Assembly: GCF_009914755.1 (NCBI RefSeq)
Contig: NC_060934.1
Strand: one strand, 5' to 3'
DNA: 64,000 nucleotides
Source of the DNA: the human T2T-CHM13v2.0 reference genome, Homo sapiens
This document shows positions 46,008 to 63,145 of this stretch, in pieces; within the stretch, counting starts at the first letter, position 1; every line of letters starts with the position of its first letter. The notes under the pieces were generated by a model. It was not told where the DNA came from, did no database searches, and saw only the letters and a list, made by a program, of their open reading frames with translations. A program made the position numbers and the translations under genes.

Positions 46008-46295
46008 GGCTGGATGCAGTGGCTCACACGTGCAATTACTAACACTATGAGAGGCTGTGGCAGGAGCATAACTTGAGGCAAGTAGCTCCAGACCAGCCCA
46101 GGCAACAGAGCCAGACCTCATCTCCACAAAAAGTTTTAAAATTTAGCCAGGCATGGTGATGCACACCTGTAGTCCCAGCTACTCAGGAGGCTGAACTGGG
46201 AGTATCCCTTGAACCCAGGAGTTTGAGGTTACAGTGAGCCTTGATGGTGCCACTGCACTCCAGCCTGGGCAACAGAGCAGGGTTCTCAGAAGAAA
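46008..46295 (+). mobile_element. AluJ
   Basis: cccaggagtttgaggttacagtgagc; highly diverged left arm. Confidence 0.88.
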
Positions 46296-47014
46296 GTCTG
46301 AAGGACTACATCCTAGCAACAGGAAAAAATCACTCACAGGTTGAGTCTCACCAAACCCACAGTCTGCTCGCCTATTCCTGACTGGGTGAAGGAACGAGCT
46401 CTACACTCTGTTGGCCTAGAAGAGGAAAAGGTGGCCCGTTTCCCTCAGAAGACAGCCTCATTCATAGACTCAAGGTGTTAAAATAAAGATAAAAGCAGAA
46501 ATCAATGATCCAGTGAACAAACATATTAGAGAAAATCAACAAAACCAGAAGTTGTTTCTTTAAGAAAAATCGTAAAAGATAAATCCCTAACAAGACTTGT
46601 TAAACCTGGAGCATTGGTAGAGAGGCCAGAAGGAACACATTTAGACCACAGAACTGAACAATCACCAAGAATGAAAATGAACAAAGACAAACGGGCTCAC
46701 TATCTACCCTAAAGAAATGCACATCTTACTGAAAGAAGTAAAAGAAAAACTGTTCATGTATCAGAAGATTCAATATTATGAAGAAGTTATACAGTTCCAA
46801 AGTAACCTGTAAATTTAGTATGATTACAAACAAGATCACAGGAGATTCCATAGTGGAAATTAAGAAGCTGATTATAAAATTTAAAAGAAACTCAATAGTT
46901 CAAGTATAGCTAAGGCAATCTTGGGGGAAAAAGACAAGAATGGAGGAGTTGTATTACCTGATATGAGGGTGTATAGTAGGCTAAAGTAGTTAAGATGGAG
47001 TAATGCTGGCAAAA

Positions 47015-47120
47015 GGAAAAAAAACAGAAAGGAAAAGAAAGGGAGGGAGAGAGGGAAAGAGGGTGGGAAGGAAGAAGGAAGGAAGGGAGGGAGGGAGGGA
47101 GAGAGGGAAGAAAGAAATAA
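47015..47120. repeat. Polypurine (GGAA/GGGA)n tract
   Basis: Nearly pure purine run. Confidence 0.85.
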
Positions 47121-47187
47121 GCCAATGAAAAATAATAGTCCAAAAACAAATCCACATATACATGACCATGGTTTATAGCAAAGGTGA

Positions 47188-47524
<337 letters not shown>

Positions 47525-48001
47525 AGGAAAGGGTACCATTTTCAATAAATGATTTAGAACCAACTGGATAACCACATGTAAAAATAAAATATCTTCACTT
47601 CTACCTTAAAGCAAACTGAAAAGAATAAAAAGTCAAGTGAATTAATTTCAGATCTTAGTGTGAAACACAAAACAATAAATATTTAAAATATTAAAAATTT
47701 TTATAACTTTATAATAGGATATGACTTTATAAACTGAACCTATAAAGTGTTAGCCACAGGAGAATAAATGATAACTCAAAATATATTAGGATTAAAAACT
47801 TTTATCAAAATATTCCACATGAGAGAGTGAAAAGATAGGCCACAGTGTGTTGTATACAAACTAAAAACTCATATCCAAAATAAAGAATACCTAAAAATTA
47901 ATAAGATAAAGACAATGTAATTTTGAAGATAGCCAAACAACTTGAAAAGGTACTTCAAAGAATATGACTTCAACTATTTTATAAACATATGAAAAATGTC
48001 C

Positions 48002-48295
48002 TTTTGTTTTTTTTGAGACAGAGTCTCCCTCTGTCGCCCAGGTTGGAGTGCAGGGGCGCCATCTCGGCTCACTGCAACCTCCACCTCCTGGGTTCACGCC
48101 ATTTCTCCTGCCTCAGCCTCCCCAGTAGCTGGGACTACAGGTGCCCACCACCACGCCCGGCTAACTTTTTGTATTTTTCGTAGAGACGGAGTTTCACCAT
48201 ATTAGCCAGGATGGTCTCGACCTCCTGACTCGTGATCCGTCCACCTCAGCCTCCCAAAATGCTGGGATTACACGTGTGAGCCACCGTGCCTGGCT
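48002..48295 (-). mobile_element. AluY-like
   Basis: TSD gaaaaatgtcc. Confidence 0.95.
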
Positions 48296-50458
48296 GAAAA
48301 ATGTCCATATTTAATAATCCTCAGGGAGATGCAAAGTAAAGTCACAATGTAATAGCACAAGACATTCCCTATAATGGCTAAAATAAAAAGACAATACAAA
48401 GTGCTGACAAAGATAAAGAGCAACAGGAATTCTCTCCTACACAACTGGTGGGAGTGTTAATTAATATAATGATTTTGAAAAACTCTTGAACAGTATCTAC
48501 TAAAAGCTAAACATGGGCATCCCCTATGATCCAGCAGTTCCTCTCTCTCAGGCATATTCTCATGAATATGTACATATAGTTTTCAAAAGACATGCAAGAA
48601 TGTTTATAGAAGCCACACTGCCAAACTGGAAACTATCCAACATTTATCAACATTAAAATATTGGAGTGTATTTACACAATGGAATTCTATGTAATGAAGT
48701 CAACAAACGATTGCTACACATACCAGGCATTTATCTCACAAGCAATTTTGACTGAAAGATGTCAGACAGAAAACAGGGATTCTGGTGTGATTCTATTTGT
48801 ATACAATTCAGAGATAGGAAAACAAATCTATGCTGATAAAAGTGAGGATATTAGTTACCTGTGAGAAAGACAAATGTACCTACATGGGCAACTTTTGGGA
48901 GTCTGATATTTCTGATCTTGGTGCTGATTACATGTGTGTGATCCATTTCTGATAATTTATCAAGACATGACTTATTCCTTCTAGACTTATAAATATGATA
49001 TACTTCAATAAAAAGTGATGTACTCATAAAAAATTTGCTTATGTTCTCTCTCATCAGTTTTTAAAGTAGAGTGGGTGGGATAAAGACAGTGTAGCACTAC
49101 TGTCCAGAAAAAAAGAAAATGGTATATTTTGGTGTCTTTTAAAATAAAAAAAGTGTATCTTAAGGAGTGTAATAAAAACACGTCTCCATGTTTACAAAGC
49201 CTTCCATGACTTGGTCCTGTGTCGCTCGCTTGGTGAGTGTGAGCTAAGTAGAAAAAATAAACATAGCAAGTGTGAAGAAGTTCGGCTGTGAGGGCAGTGG
49301 AGTGTAGCTACGAGGGTTGGCTTTGTGAAAAAGGCAAGCTCTTCTTTCCATTATAATGGACCCCCAGTCCCATGCATGAGCTCTGGAGGATCATAGCATG
49401 TGTTGGTCACTGCCCTGTCCTTTGAGCAGTCTGGGGATGGTATTCGACTTGGTGCTTAACTGGTAACCTAATAAAAGTGATGCTGCAATCCAACATGTCA
49501 GTTGTTTCTATTTCCAGGAGAATCAAGGCTGCTGCCTCTGACAAAGAGATAAAAAGTGATGACTTACTCCAGATAAACTGCTGCAGTCTCTGGATCCACT
49601 GCGGTGCTGTCCTGAAGCACTTGAAGAAGAGCATGCTGGCTTTGTTCCACCCCATTTTCCCTCTGTTTCAACCAGTCCCTGAGTTGCAAAATGTAGTTCC
49701 TTCACCATTTTTTTTCAATAATCCAGTTATACTAAATACCCTCTGATTTTTAAAAACACTAGATTAACTTGAGTGTTAATAAAAAGAGGCTGCATATAAT
49801 TTCACCAGCACTCTCTTTCTGTCTTTTACTTTGTCCACATTCAGGATTCTCTGCACACATTTCTCTGTACAACTATTCTCCTTCTTCTATGATTAAGAGA
49901 ACCTTCTCACTCTTTCTGTAGCCTACCACCTGTCTACACCCAACTCCTGGAGGCTCAGCTTCTAACCCAAACTGTCTCATCAAAGCTTGTTCCAAACAAA
50001 ATCAGGTCTCAAAGGAAAATTATTTTGCCAGCAGCCAAAATAATAGCATTTTCTCCTTTTTGTAAAATATGCATCCAGTGTTAATTGCCAGGTTAAAATG
50101 TTTAACCTGGAAATATTACAAGTTCCTACTTTACCCAAATGCAACTCTGCTAAAATACCGAATGCCTTAAAAGAGATAAAAACCCAAGTAGCATTGAAAA
50201 CCAATGATACACGTCAGAGTATTTTTAGAGTCAGGAGTATGTTTCACTGTCTTCAAGGCTGATAGATCTGAACTGCTCTGCACTGTTATTATAAACTATG
50301 CATGATTTGCCAACTGCCATCCCTGAAGTGGAAGAAGAGATACCTTGGAGCTCACTTCATACTCCTGCTGTGAGGTACACATTCTAACAGAAAGAAACTG
50401 GGCAACCCACCTGCCAGAGATGTAGAGAAACATAACAATTAAGAACATGGGGCCGGGC

Positions 50459-50768
<310 letters not shown>

Positions 50769-50771
50769 TAC

Positions 50772-52391
<1,620 letters not shown>

Positions 52392-54173
52392 TTGCTAAAT
52401 CAAGGAACAGCTTGACACTTTATTATACAGAGAAATAGAGGCAGCATTTAGCAGGCACCAATGTTCACTTAGTGGGAACTGCAGGTGTTCCCCGGACCGG
52501 AGGCTGCTTCTTTTCCAAAGGAAATCTATTATTGACTACCAATAAAAAAATACATTGTAGGTTTGTTACAATATACAAATGGCTAAATTTTATATATCCA
52601 CGACCATATTCTAGCACAGCTCTAAGCCTTTTCATGCTCTGAAATAGCTACTATTGTTACCTCCATTGTAGAGAAAACAGATGCCAGAGGCTGTTTTGGA
52701 AGGACCGTGGAAACTGATTGACTATGAAATTGACTTGTATGTTTCGGACTTAAAGGTTTTTCCTGCTCTGCTCGTTACATTTTCACATTTTAGATAACAT
52801 ACCTCTTAAAATAGTGGTCCTTTTAAAATTTGGAGGGATTCCTCTTCCAATTTGAAGTTTTTTCTTGCACTAAACATTTGGTCAGACTAAGATCATCCGC
52901 GTTTTATGTCAGTTTAAGTACATTTTTAGACATTGTTCACGTAGAAATGTAAATATGAGCTTACATTGTGTGTAAAAGGAAATAATAGCTGCTTACAACC
53001 ATTTTTGTCTCATAATACAAATCCAAATCAATATGTTATTGGAAATGCAGGCTGGGAGGGGAAAGAAAAGATGCAGAGAGAAAAGCCCCATCTCTGCTTG
53101 GAGTTCAGCCCTGGGTCTCTTTTCCCTTCCTCCTTCCTTCTCACAGCTGTCACAGTGACAGAAGAACACAGGGCTGCCTTTTAGTGACACCTGCTGGGAC
53201 AGACCTGGCAGAAGAGATTGCAGATTTGGTTGTTTCTTGGCTGCCTCTGCCAGCCCCTGAGTCAGCACCCCACTCCATTTCATGCTGAGCTTGGACAGCT
53301 CAGGTTTCAAAAATTCCCCCTTCCCTTGGGGCAACTGCTTTCCAGCCTCCTCATCATTCCTAAAGGAGAATGACCTACATGCCAGCATGACAGAGATCCA
53401 GAAATTTATAGAAGCTTCATTGTGAGCCTAAATCCTTAACAGGGGCTCAAACTGCCAAACACCAAATGAAGAGAGAGGTTTTGCAGTAAAGCAGGAAGTC
53501 ATTAAAATAATGAATCACCCGGCTGGGTTTTGAGCTCCTTTCCCACTAATTTAATGGAAAGATTTATTGTCTTCACAATTTACGCTTTCCTAAATTTTGC
53601 ATAAATTTATCATTTATATCTTCACATAAGTAATTCTTTGTGTTTTATCACTGAGCAAATTCTATGTAGCAAATCAATGCTATATTTTGGCAAACTCATG
53701 TTATAGCTTAGAAAATACTACAGCATTGTAAACTGAGGGCAGCATTAAGCAAATTATATTTACCTTTGTGACCGCAAAACAATGATTCAATGCTTTTCCC
53801 ATGAAATTTGTCTTTCGATATTGGTAGTGGTTTTTAAATAAAAAACATGAATTACATATCGATTAAAACTTTACTATTGTTTTTAGAAACTGTGACTTCA
53901 CCAGTTATGAGCGGACTTGAAATGTGTAGTTTTTAAGTTTGGAAATCCTTTGTAGTTTCATTTACTTTTCCAGGAAGAAAGTGAGATATTTTTTGCTGCT
54001 GTTGCCTGGTTTTTGTTTGTTTTTTGACCATAAACAAAACTTAATGGAGCCCCAAATCTACTAACTCAGTCCTCCTTTGGTAACATGCCTTTTTCTGATT
54101 TCTAGACTTTAGTTGATATTTGTGACACACTAGTTCTATTATTTAAAAATTTAGAAAAGTACTACAAGAGTAA

Positions 54174-54540
<367 letters not shown>

Positions 54541-54583
54541 TTTTGCCTATTTTTATTTTAAAATCATCTCTTCTTTTCGATGA

Positions 54584-54883
54584 TTTTTTTTTTTTTTTTG
54601 AGATGGAGGCTCCCTCTGTCGCCCAGGCTGGAGTGTAGTGATGTGATATCGGCTCACTACAACCTCCACCTCCCAGGGTCAAGCAGCAATTCTCCTGCCT
54701 CAGCCTCCTGAGTAGCTGGGATTACAGGCACCCACCACCATGCCCTGCAATTTTTATATTTTTAGTAGAGATGGGGTTTTACCATGTTGGCCATGCTGGT
54801 CTTGAACTCCTGACCTCAGGCGATCCAGCCACCTCGGCCTCTGAAGGTGCTGGGATTACAGGCATGAGCCACCGTGCCTGGCC
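54584..54883 (-). mobile_element. AluSx-like
   Basis: Full reverse dimer. Confidence 0.93.
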
Positions 54884-55172
54884 CCAGATTTTATTATTCT
54901 TAAAAAGCCAATTGAGAATTCCTAGCATACTCACTTAAAAGGAAAATTTAGTTTGCTATAATATTACTCATATTTGCTATGGTGAATTCATCTCTAGAAA
55001 GGTTCTTTGTGTAATTATTTTATTATCTCTCTAATAGTTAATTCTCCACATTTTGTAATATTTTTGCACACTCACCTTGAATGGGAGGTTCTCTACATGT
55101 CTTAGTCATGTAACTAACAGAATCCACCCTCTTTCCCCACTAAGCACACTTACGTATAGTCAATAAAATATG

Positions 55173-55538
<366 letters not shown>

Positions 55539-55959
55539 TCATTAATTCTTCCAACTACTGTACTCCTTTCCAATATATTGTCTTACTGATTTTTCACCTT
55601 TTCCTATTTCTATCCTTCTTGTTCTACTAACTCATCTGTCATTGGCCTTATTCTATAGCCAACCTCAAATTTCAGTCCACACTAGCTGTGAACAGCACTC
55701 AAATTGCTGTTGTATTCTTAAAATATAAATTTACTTCATAAAGCAAAAGTGAATTATGTGCATGTTACAAAAAATATTCATAGCAGAGATAAGATGGGAT
55801 GGTATTTGCTGGGATGCACAGCATCATTTTTTCCAAATTAATTTCGATCAGAATTCTCTCCTCCCTACCGCCATGCATAGCTGTTCACTCACCTGTTATG
55901 AACGACATCTTAAGTTATTTTTCATCTTATCTGATCATATGACTTGAATTAAGCTCTAG

Positions 55960-56365
55960 ATCTGCTGAGGGCAAACACCGCCATGGAATTAAATTTGCAA
56001 GAGTGAAGGAGGAGGAAGTGGGAGAAGGTGGGAAGAATCTTCAGACTAGGGTTCAGATCTTATACCTGTAGAGGGAAAGAGGGAAGGAAGGCTGATTGGG
56101 GTAGAAAGAGACTGCAGCATGGTTCCAAGAATGCTTTGGCCAGGTCAGTGGGGACTCCTCAAATTAAAGTTGGCCATTGGAGAATCTCACAACTTACTGG
56201 CAAAGTCCTCACATACAATCCTCACTGTGCTCTATGACTGTGGAAACATGACTGCTGCACAAGTGTAGAAGTGAGTCCAGAGACAGACAGGGCTAAAGGA
56301 AGGCTGTCATTGACTTATGCTGTCCAAGTCAGGATATCTGCATTGCAAATTTCCATGGTCATTAA
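55960..56365 (-). mobile_element. ERVL-class LTR (LTR40-like), probable 3' LTR of the adjacent internal sequence
   Basis: gaaagagggaaggaagg...actgcagca...ttggccagg..tgggga motifs; abuts ERVL pol remnants. Confidence 0.55.
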
Positions 56366-56591
56366 AATCCATTATCCCCACCTCCAAATCCCAACACTGC
56401 ACAGACATATTTGTCCAAACACGTTCTTCATACCAGTGCTTCCAAAATTCCCATAAGCCTCTCTTTCCCAAGGGGAATCTTAGAAAAGGAAGGTTAATGA
56501 GCCCATGCTATAGCGATTGGTCTCAGAACTGCCTTTGAATGCCCAGTTGTGAGAGGGGAACAGAGAAAGAGAGAGTATAGGAGTGGGGAGA

Positions 56592-56611
56592 GTGTGTGTG
56601 TGTATCAGTGT

Positions 56612-56667
<56 letters not shown>
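56592..56667. repeat. (TG)n(AG)n microsatellite
   Basis: Long gt run followed by a ga run. Confidence 0.92.
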
Positions 56668-57469
56668 AAGATTATCTCTGCTTCTTTTGTGGAAAAGCAG
56701 CCCTACCTCCTCCTGCTAATCAGGGTGTATTCATCCTGCTGGATGGTGATGTATTTCTTGTCTTTTGGTTGCTGGACCTAAGGAATCTAAAGCATGCAAC
56801 AGATAACCTTCTTTAGAGAGCAAGACTTGCCTGCCTTCCAGATCCCAGAGCTGCACTGATGAGAAGCATGGGAGAACCTTAGAAGATTATTGGGAACACT
56901 TGTAATTGGGGACATTCCTGTTTCTACCTCTTCTTTTCTGAACCTATAGATTCTTCCTATGAAGGAAGAATACCATATAAAGATCTGTGATGGAATATGT
57001 ATAAAAGATGGTGCCCCCTGCATTCAGAATATCTCCTTTGGCATGGTGCTTCAGTTTCATCTTTAGAATGTTTCTACAGGGCTCCATGAGTCCAGCTGCT
57101 TCTTGAAGTGTGTATGTAATACAAATAGTAGATTACATGGTCATGGACCCACTTCTGCACATCCTTAACTGTGAACAGGGAACCCTGGTCAGATGCTATA
57201 TCATGTGGGATTTTATGCCTGTGGATCAGGAATCCCGGAAGCCTCAGAAAAGTGGTCCTGGCTCAGGCTCTGTGAACAGAAGTGCCAAACCCTCTGAGGA
57301 TGAACAGGTGGTCATTCAAAATCAAAAGACTTGTCATGTCAGAGTCTCAATATTGATTTACCTTGCTGAAAAGTAGGACAGTCAGAGGCAGCAGTAGTTA
57401 GATCAACCTTGATACATAGGAGTCCAGGCTATGGGGCCCATATGTATCGTCCATCTCTGCCAATGTGGT

Positions 57470-57899
<430 letters not shown>

Positions 57900-58220
57900 C
57901 CGAGTGCTTTCTTGTGAGTGTTAATGAGTGATACAAGATTCTTTACCCTCCATGCCTGCTCCTGCATGTCCACTCAGATGCTTCTAACCCGGCTTCCTTG
58001 TCTCAGATATTTCAGTTCTTTTCTATCTAAGCCTCTAACCAGATGATTCACCCACTGACCAGGGCAAAGAAATCTGTTTATATTCCTGCCTCAGGCCACG
58101 TTTCCTTCTATGTAAAGTAGATGGCTGGGGCTACTGCTCCCAGTGCTGCTAATTGGGAAGATTTTCACTTCCTTCTGTCTTCCAGAGTCACTCTTGCATT
58201 GGGCTGTAATGCAACTACAC

Positions 58221-58526
58221 TTTTTTTTTTTTTTTTTTTTTTGAGACGGAGTCTCGCTCTGTCGCCCAGGCTGGAGTGCAGTGGCGCATCTCCACTCACT
58301 GCAAGCTCCGCCTCCTGGGTTCACGCCATTCTCCTGCCTCAGCCTCCTGCATAGCTGGGACTATGGGCGCCTGCCACCACGCCTGGCTAATTTTTTGTAT
58401 TTTTTTTTAGTAGAGACGGGGTCTCACCGTGTTAGCCAGGATGGTCTCCATCTCCTGACATCGTGATCTGCCCGCCTCGGCCTCCCAAAGCGCTGGGATT
58501 ACAGGCGTAAGCCACCGTGCCTGGCC
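58221..58526 (-). mobile_element. AluY
   Basis: TSD g(c/t)aactacactttt. Confidence 0.96.
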
Positions 58527-59229
58527 GTAACTACACTTTTAAATAGAGATTTCCTCTTTCTCCCTCCTTTGGATGGCCACAGGGACACAAATGCAGACAC
58601 AGGTGTGAGCTGAAGGAAGGTTGCTGGTGCAAACATGGTAGGTGACACAAGGATTTGGGTTACCTGCTATTCAATTTATTCACTTGCTGTTGTCTTGCTT
58701 GGCCTTTGTCTCATATTTCTGATTTCCACCTCACGATGAACTACTTCTTGCCCCTTCTCGTGTCATGACTTGGTGTTTCCAATAGAACTCAGCCTGCAAG
58801 AGACAGTGCCAGATGCATGATCGAGCACAGCATCTCTCCCAGGTCCAACACATAATTCTCTGCTATGGAGGGCGTGGCTTTGTTTCAGAATCCCAGGAGC
58901 TGGTGTTGTAATCCTTTCACTGAGAATTGCCATGTGGGCCACACTGCTCCCACCACTGACACCTTCAAGAATACAGGTCCTGCCAGATCACATGGCCCAA
59001 GCAGCAGGCTGCTCGCACTGCAGCCTGGACCTGCTGTAGAGCCCTGTCCTGCTCTGGACTCTTCAGACCCTGCAGCCTTCCTATCTCCCTGACTTATACT
59101 GTGGCTTGCTTGTGTTATGTTGTTGAGTCGTATGAGTTTATGTTTTTATAGTTGTATAGATATAGATGGATAGATAAAGATATGGTTTGAGAGGAAGAAA
59201 AAAAGAGAAAGAAAAAGAATTTGACAAAA

Positions 59230-60045
59230 GACTTTATTGGGAATATATAAAAAACATATCAGACTCCATAGTAAGAAGTCAAACAACCCAATAACAAAAT
59301 GGGCAAGAGATTTCAGTAGACAACAACAAAAAATATATGAATGATCGATAAACACTAAAAAATGGATTATTAACCACCTGGGAATGGAATTTAAAATCAA
59401 AATGTAATAACACTGCACAGAAACTGTAATAGATCCAAAAAATGTCAATTCTTAACGTTTGAGAGGACATACAACACCCTGAATTATCATATTTAGGTGG
59501 ATGTATAAAGTAGATAATCAATTTGGATTGCAGTTTGGCAGGTTTTTTAACAAACATACACTTACCATTTGACCCAGAATATTCCATTCTTAGATACTTA
59601 CTCAAGAGAAATGAAAACATGTGCATACAAATGAAGGTAGCCGCTTTACTTGTAATAATCAAGGAATAGAAACATTTGCAAATGGTTCACCAACAAGCTA
59701 AAGGATAAACATATTTTGGTATTTCCATACAATAGAATAAAACAGAATGAACCACTGATTTTTGCAACATAGGTAAGCCTAAAACATACTGAGAGAATGA
59801 AACAACAGTAGCCATATTATACAAGTTTATTACTATGAAATTCTGGAAACTGAATTTATAGTGGCAGGTTGCAGATCAATGGGTGCTTGGGGTCAGAGGT
59901 TTGGGTAATGAGTACAAAATAACTTTTGAGGTGATAGCTTCAATATGCTGATTGTGGTCGTAGCCACATAACTTTATATGTTTGTACTTAATTTGGATGT
60001 ATTTTATTGTATTGCAAGTAAACCTCAGTTAGGATGACTTTTAAA
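59230..60045 (+). mobile_element. Old L1M 3' region
   Basis: aaacaacccaat..aaaatgggcaagaga, cttaccatttgacccag, agagaaatgaaaacat. Confidence 0.75.
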
Positions 60046-60692
60046 ATTATTAGATTCTAAAAAATTAATTTGCTTCCATCCATTATATTTATTCACAAAT
60101 CTTACGATAGTATGTTTTGGAACACCTGTAAAGACACAACTGACATATTCATAAAGGAAATTTCCTTATGTAGGATGGATTTTAGGGGAAATGGCTGAAA
60201 CAAGGAAATCTGCATCTGCTTATCATAATTCACTGCAAAAGATCGAAATGTGTAACTAGCAATCAACTTCAGCTTTGATTATCTTTCATAGCAGCATGGA
60301 TCAATTATGTTTACCCAGTTGGCTATCTCTACATGCTAAACTTATATTGCATACATGCCTCTGAAATTCCAGTCATGTATAGTCTATAATTTGCACCTGT
60401 ATTACACAATTTGTATACTCTTCCACTTTAAAGGCGGGATTTATACCTGGAAAGGGACTCAAACTACAACTATGATCCAATTCTGTTCCAAATTTTGTAT
60501 ACTATGACTATTCTGGGAAATGATTCAATAGTTTTGTTTCATTTGACTCTTCCTGCAGACATCATGTGTTGAAGTAAACCTGTTTTTTATGTTCAGAAAG
60601 TAGCCTTTTGACTGGAGAGTTCTAGCTTTTGGAAAACATGTACTCAAAGCAGAAGTACCTAGTGTGTTGAGGGAATAAAACCACAGCCTTTC

Positions 60693-60998
60693 GGCCGGGC
60701 ACCGTAGCTCAGGCCTGTAATCCCAGAACTTTGGGAGGCCGAGGCAGGCAGATCACGAGGTCAGGAGATGGAGACCATCCTGGCTAACACGGTGAAACCC
60801 CGTCTCTACCAAAAATACAAAAAATTAGCCGGGCAGGGTGGCGGGCACCTGTAGTCCCAGCTACTCGGGAGGCTGAGGGAGGAGAATGGCGTGAACCTGG
60901 GAGGTGGAGGTTTCAGTGAGCCAAGATTGCACCACTGCACTCGAGCCTAGGCAACAGAGCAAGACTCTGTCTCAAAAAAAAAAAACAAAAAAAAAAAA
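60693..60998 (+). mobile_element. AluY
   Basis: TSD aaaacca(c/a)agcctttc. Confidence 0.96.
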
Positions 60999-61159
60999 CC
61001 AAAGCCTTTCTGACCTAAGTAAAGTGAAACCTTGTCATCCTTGATGACAAACATTACATGACACACGTGTTGCGTTTTCAGGGAGTTCTTCTGCAACTTA
61101 TTTCACCCCCAACGAACTGGCATCATTCAAATCTAATTGTATAATTTTACTGTAATTAG

Positions 61160-62706
61160 TGGGTCCGGAATTGGTGGGTTCTTGGTCTCACTGACTTAAA
61201 GAATGAAGCCGCGGACCCTCGCGGTGAGTGTTACAGCTTTTAAGGTGGCGCGTCTGGAGTCTGTCCTTTCTGATGTTCAGATGTGTTCGGAGTTTCTTCC
61301 TTCTGCTGGGTTCGTGGTCTCGCTGGCTCAGGAGTGAAGCTGCAAACCTTCGCGGCGAGTGTTACAGCTCTTAAGGCAGCGCGTCTGGAGCTGTTCGTTC
61401 CTCCTGGTGGGCTCGTGGGCTCGCTGGGCTCAAGAACAAAGCTGCAAATCTTCGCGGTGAGTGTTACAGCTCATAAAAGCAGCGTGAACCCAAAGCGTGA
61501 GCAGTAGCAAGATTTATTGCAAAGAGCGAAAGAACAAAGCTTCCACGGTGTGGAAGGGGATCTGAGCAGGTTGCCACTGCTGGCTGGGGCAGCCTGCTTT
61601 TATACTCTTATCTGGCCCCACCCACATCCTGCTGATTGGTAGAGCCCAGTGGCCTGTTTTGTCAGGGCGCTGATTGGTGCGTTTACAATCCCTGAGCTAG
61701 ATACAAAGTTTCTCCACCTCCCCATCAGATTAGTTAGATACAGAGTTTCCACACACAGGTTCTCCAAGGCCCCACCAGAGCAGCTAGATACAGAGTGTCG
61801 ATTGGTGCACTCACAAACCTTGAGCTAAACACAGGGTGCTGATTGGTGTGTTTACAAACCTTGAGCTAGATACAGAGTGCCGATTGGTGTATTTACAACC
61901 CTTGAGCTAGACATAAAGGTTCTCCACGTCCTCACCAGAGCAGCTAGATACAGAGTGTCGATTGGTGCACTCACAAACCTTGAGCTAAACACAGGGTGCT
62001 GATTGGTGTATTTACAATCCTTGAGCTAGATATAAAGGTTCTCCACGTCCTCACCAGACTCAGGAGCCCAGCTGGCTTCACCTAGTGGATCCCGCACTGG
62101 GGCTGCAGGTGGAGCTGCCTGCCAGTCCTGTGCCGTGCGCTCGCATTCCTCAGCCCTTGGGTGGTTGAGGGGACTGGGCGCCTTGGAGCAGGGGTTGGCG
62201 CTCGTCAGGGAGGCTCGGGCCGCACAGGAGCCCATGGAGGGGGTGGGAGGCTCAAGCATGGTGGGCTGCAGGTCCCGAGCCCTGCCCCGTGGGAAGGCAG
62301 CCAAGGCCCAGCGAGAAATGGAGCGCAGTGCCGGTGGGCCTGCACTGTTGGGGGACCCAGTACACCCTCCGCAGCCACTGGCCCGGGTGCTAAGTGCCCC
62401 ATTGCCCAGGGCCAGCAGGGCTGGCTGGCTGCTCCGAGTGCGGGGCCCACCAAGCCCACGCCCACCCGGAACTCCAGCTGGCCCGCAAGTGCCGCACACA
62501 GCCCCGGTTCCTGCTCGTGTCTCTCCCTCCACACCTCCCTGCAAGCTGAGGGAGTGGGCTCCGGCTTTGGTCAGCCCAGAAAGGGGCTCCCACAGTGCAG
62601 TGGGGGACTGAAGGGCTCCTCAAATGCCACCAAAGTGGGAGCCCAGGCAGGGGAGGTGTCGAGAGCAAGCGAGGGCTGAGGACTGCCAGCACGCTGTCAC
62701 CTGTCA
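61160..62706 (-). mobile_element. Full-length LTR12C solo LTR (HERV9/ERV9), 1547 bp
   Basis: tgggtccggaattggtgggttcttggtctcactgac ... cacgctgtcacctgtca; exact 4 bp TSD ttag; U5 repeats gtgttacagct; U3 tandem CCAAT repeats; GC-rich distal U3. Confidence 0.97.
61570..62050 (-). promoter_or_regulatory. LTR12C promoter/enhancer: 7 CCAAT (NF-Y) boxes, GATA and GC/GT box, TATAAAA
   Basis: attgg on + at 61635, 61673, 61801, 61842, 61883, 61961 and 62002; minus strand reads agataagagTATAAAAgcagg at 61598-61604. Confidence 0.7.
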
Positions 62707-62723
62707 TTAGGATGCAGTTTTAA

Positions 62724-63145
<422 letters not shown>

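Noticed and set aside
52993-53388. 131 aa minus-strand ORF in unique DNA
   Set aside because: No recognisable domain or exon structure; cannot be supported as coding.
61200-61500. CpG-rich stretch as a host-gene CpG island
   Set aside because: Explained by the R/U5 repeats of LTR12C.
62026-62707. Longest ORFs (105-172 aa) on both strands
   Set aside because: They lie in the GC-rich U3 of LTR12C, where stop codons are scarce, and overlap in several frames.
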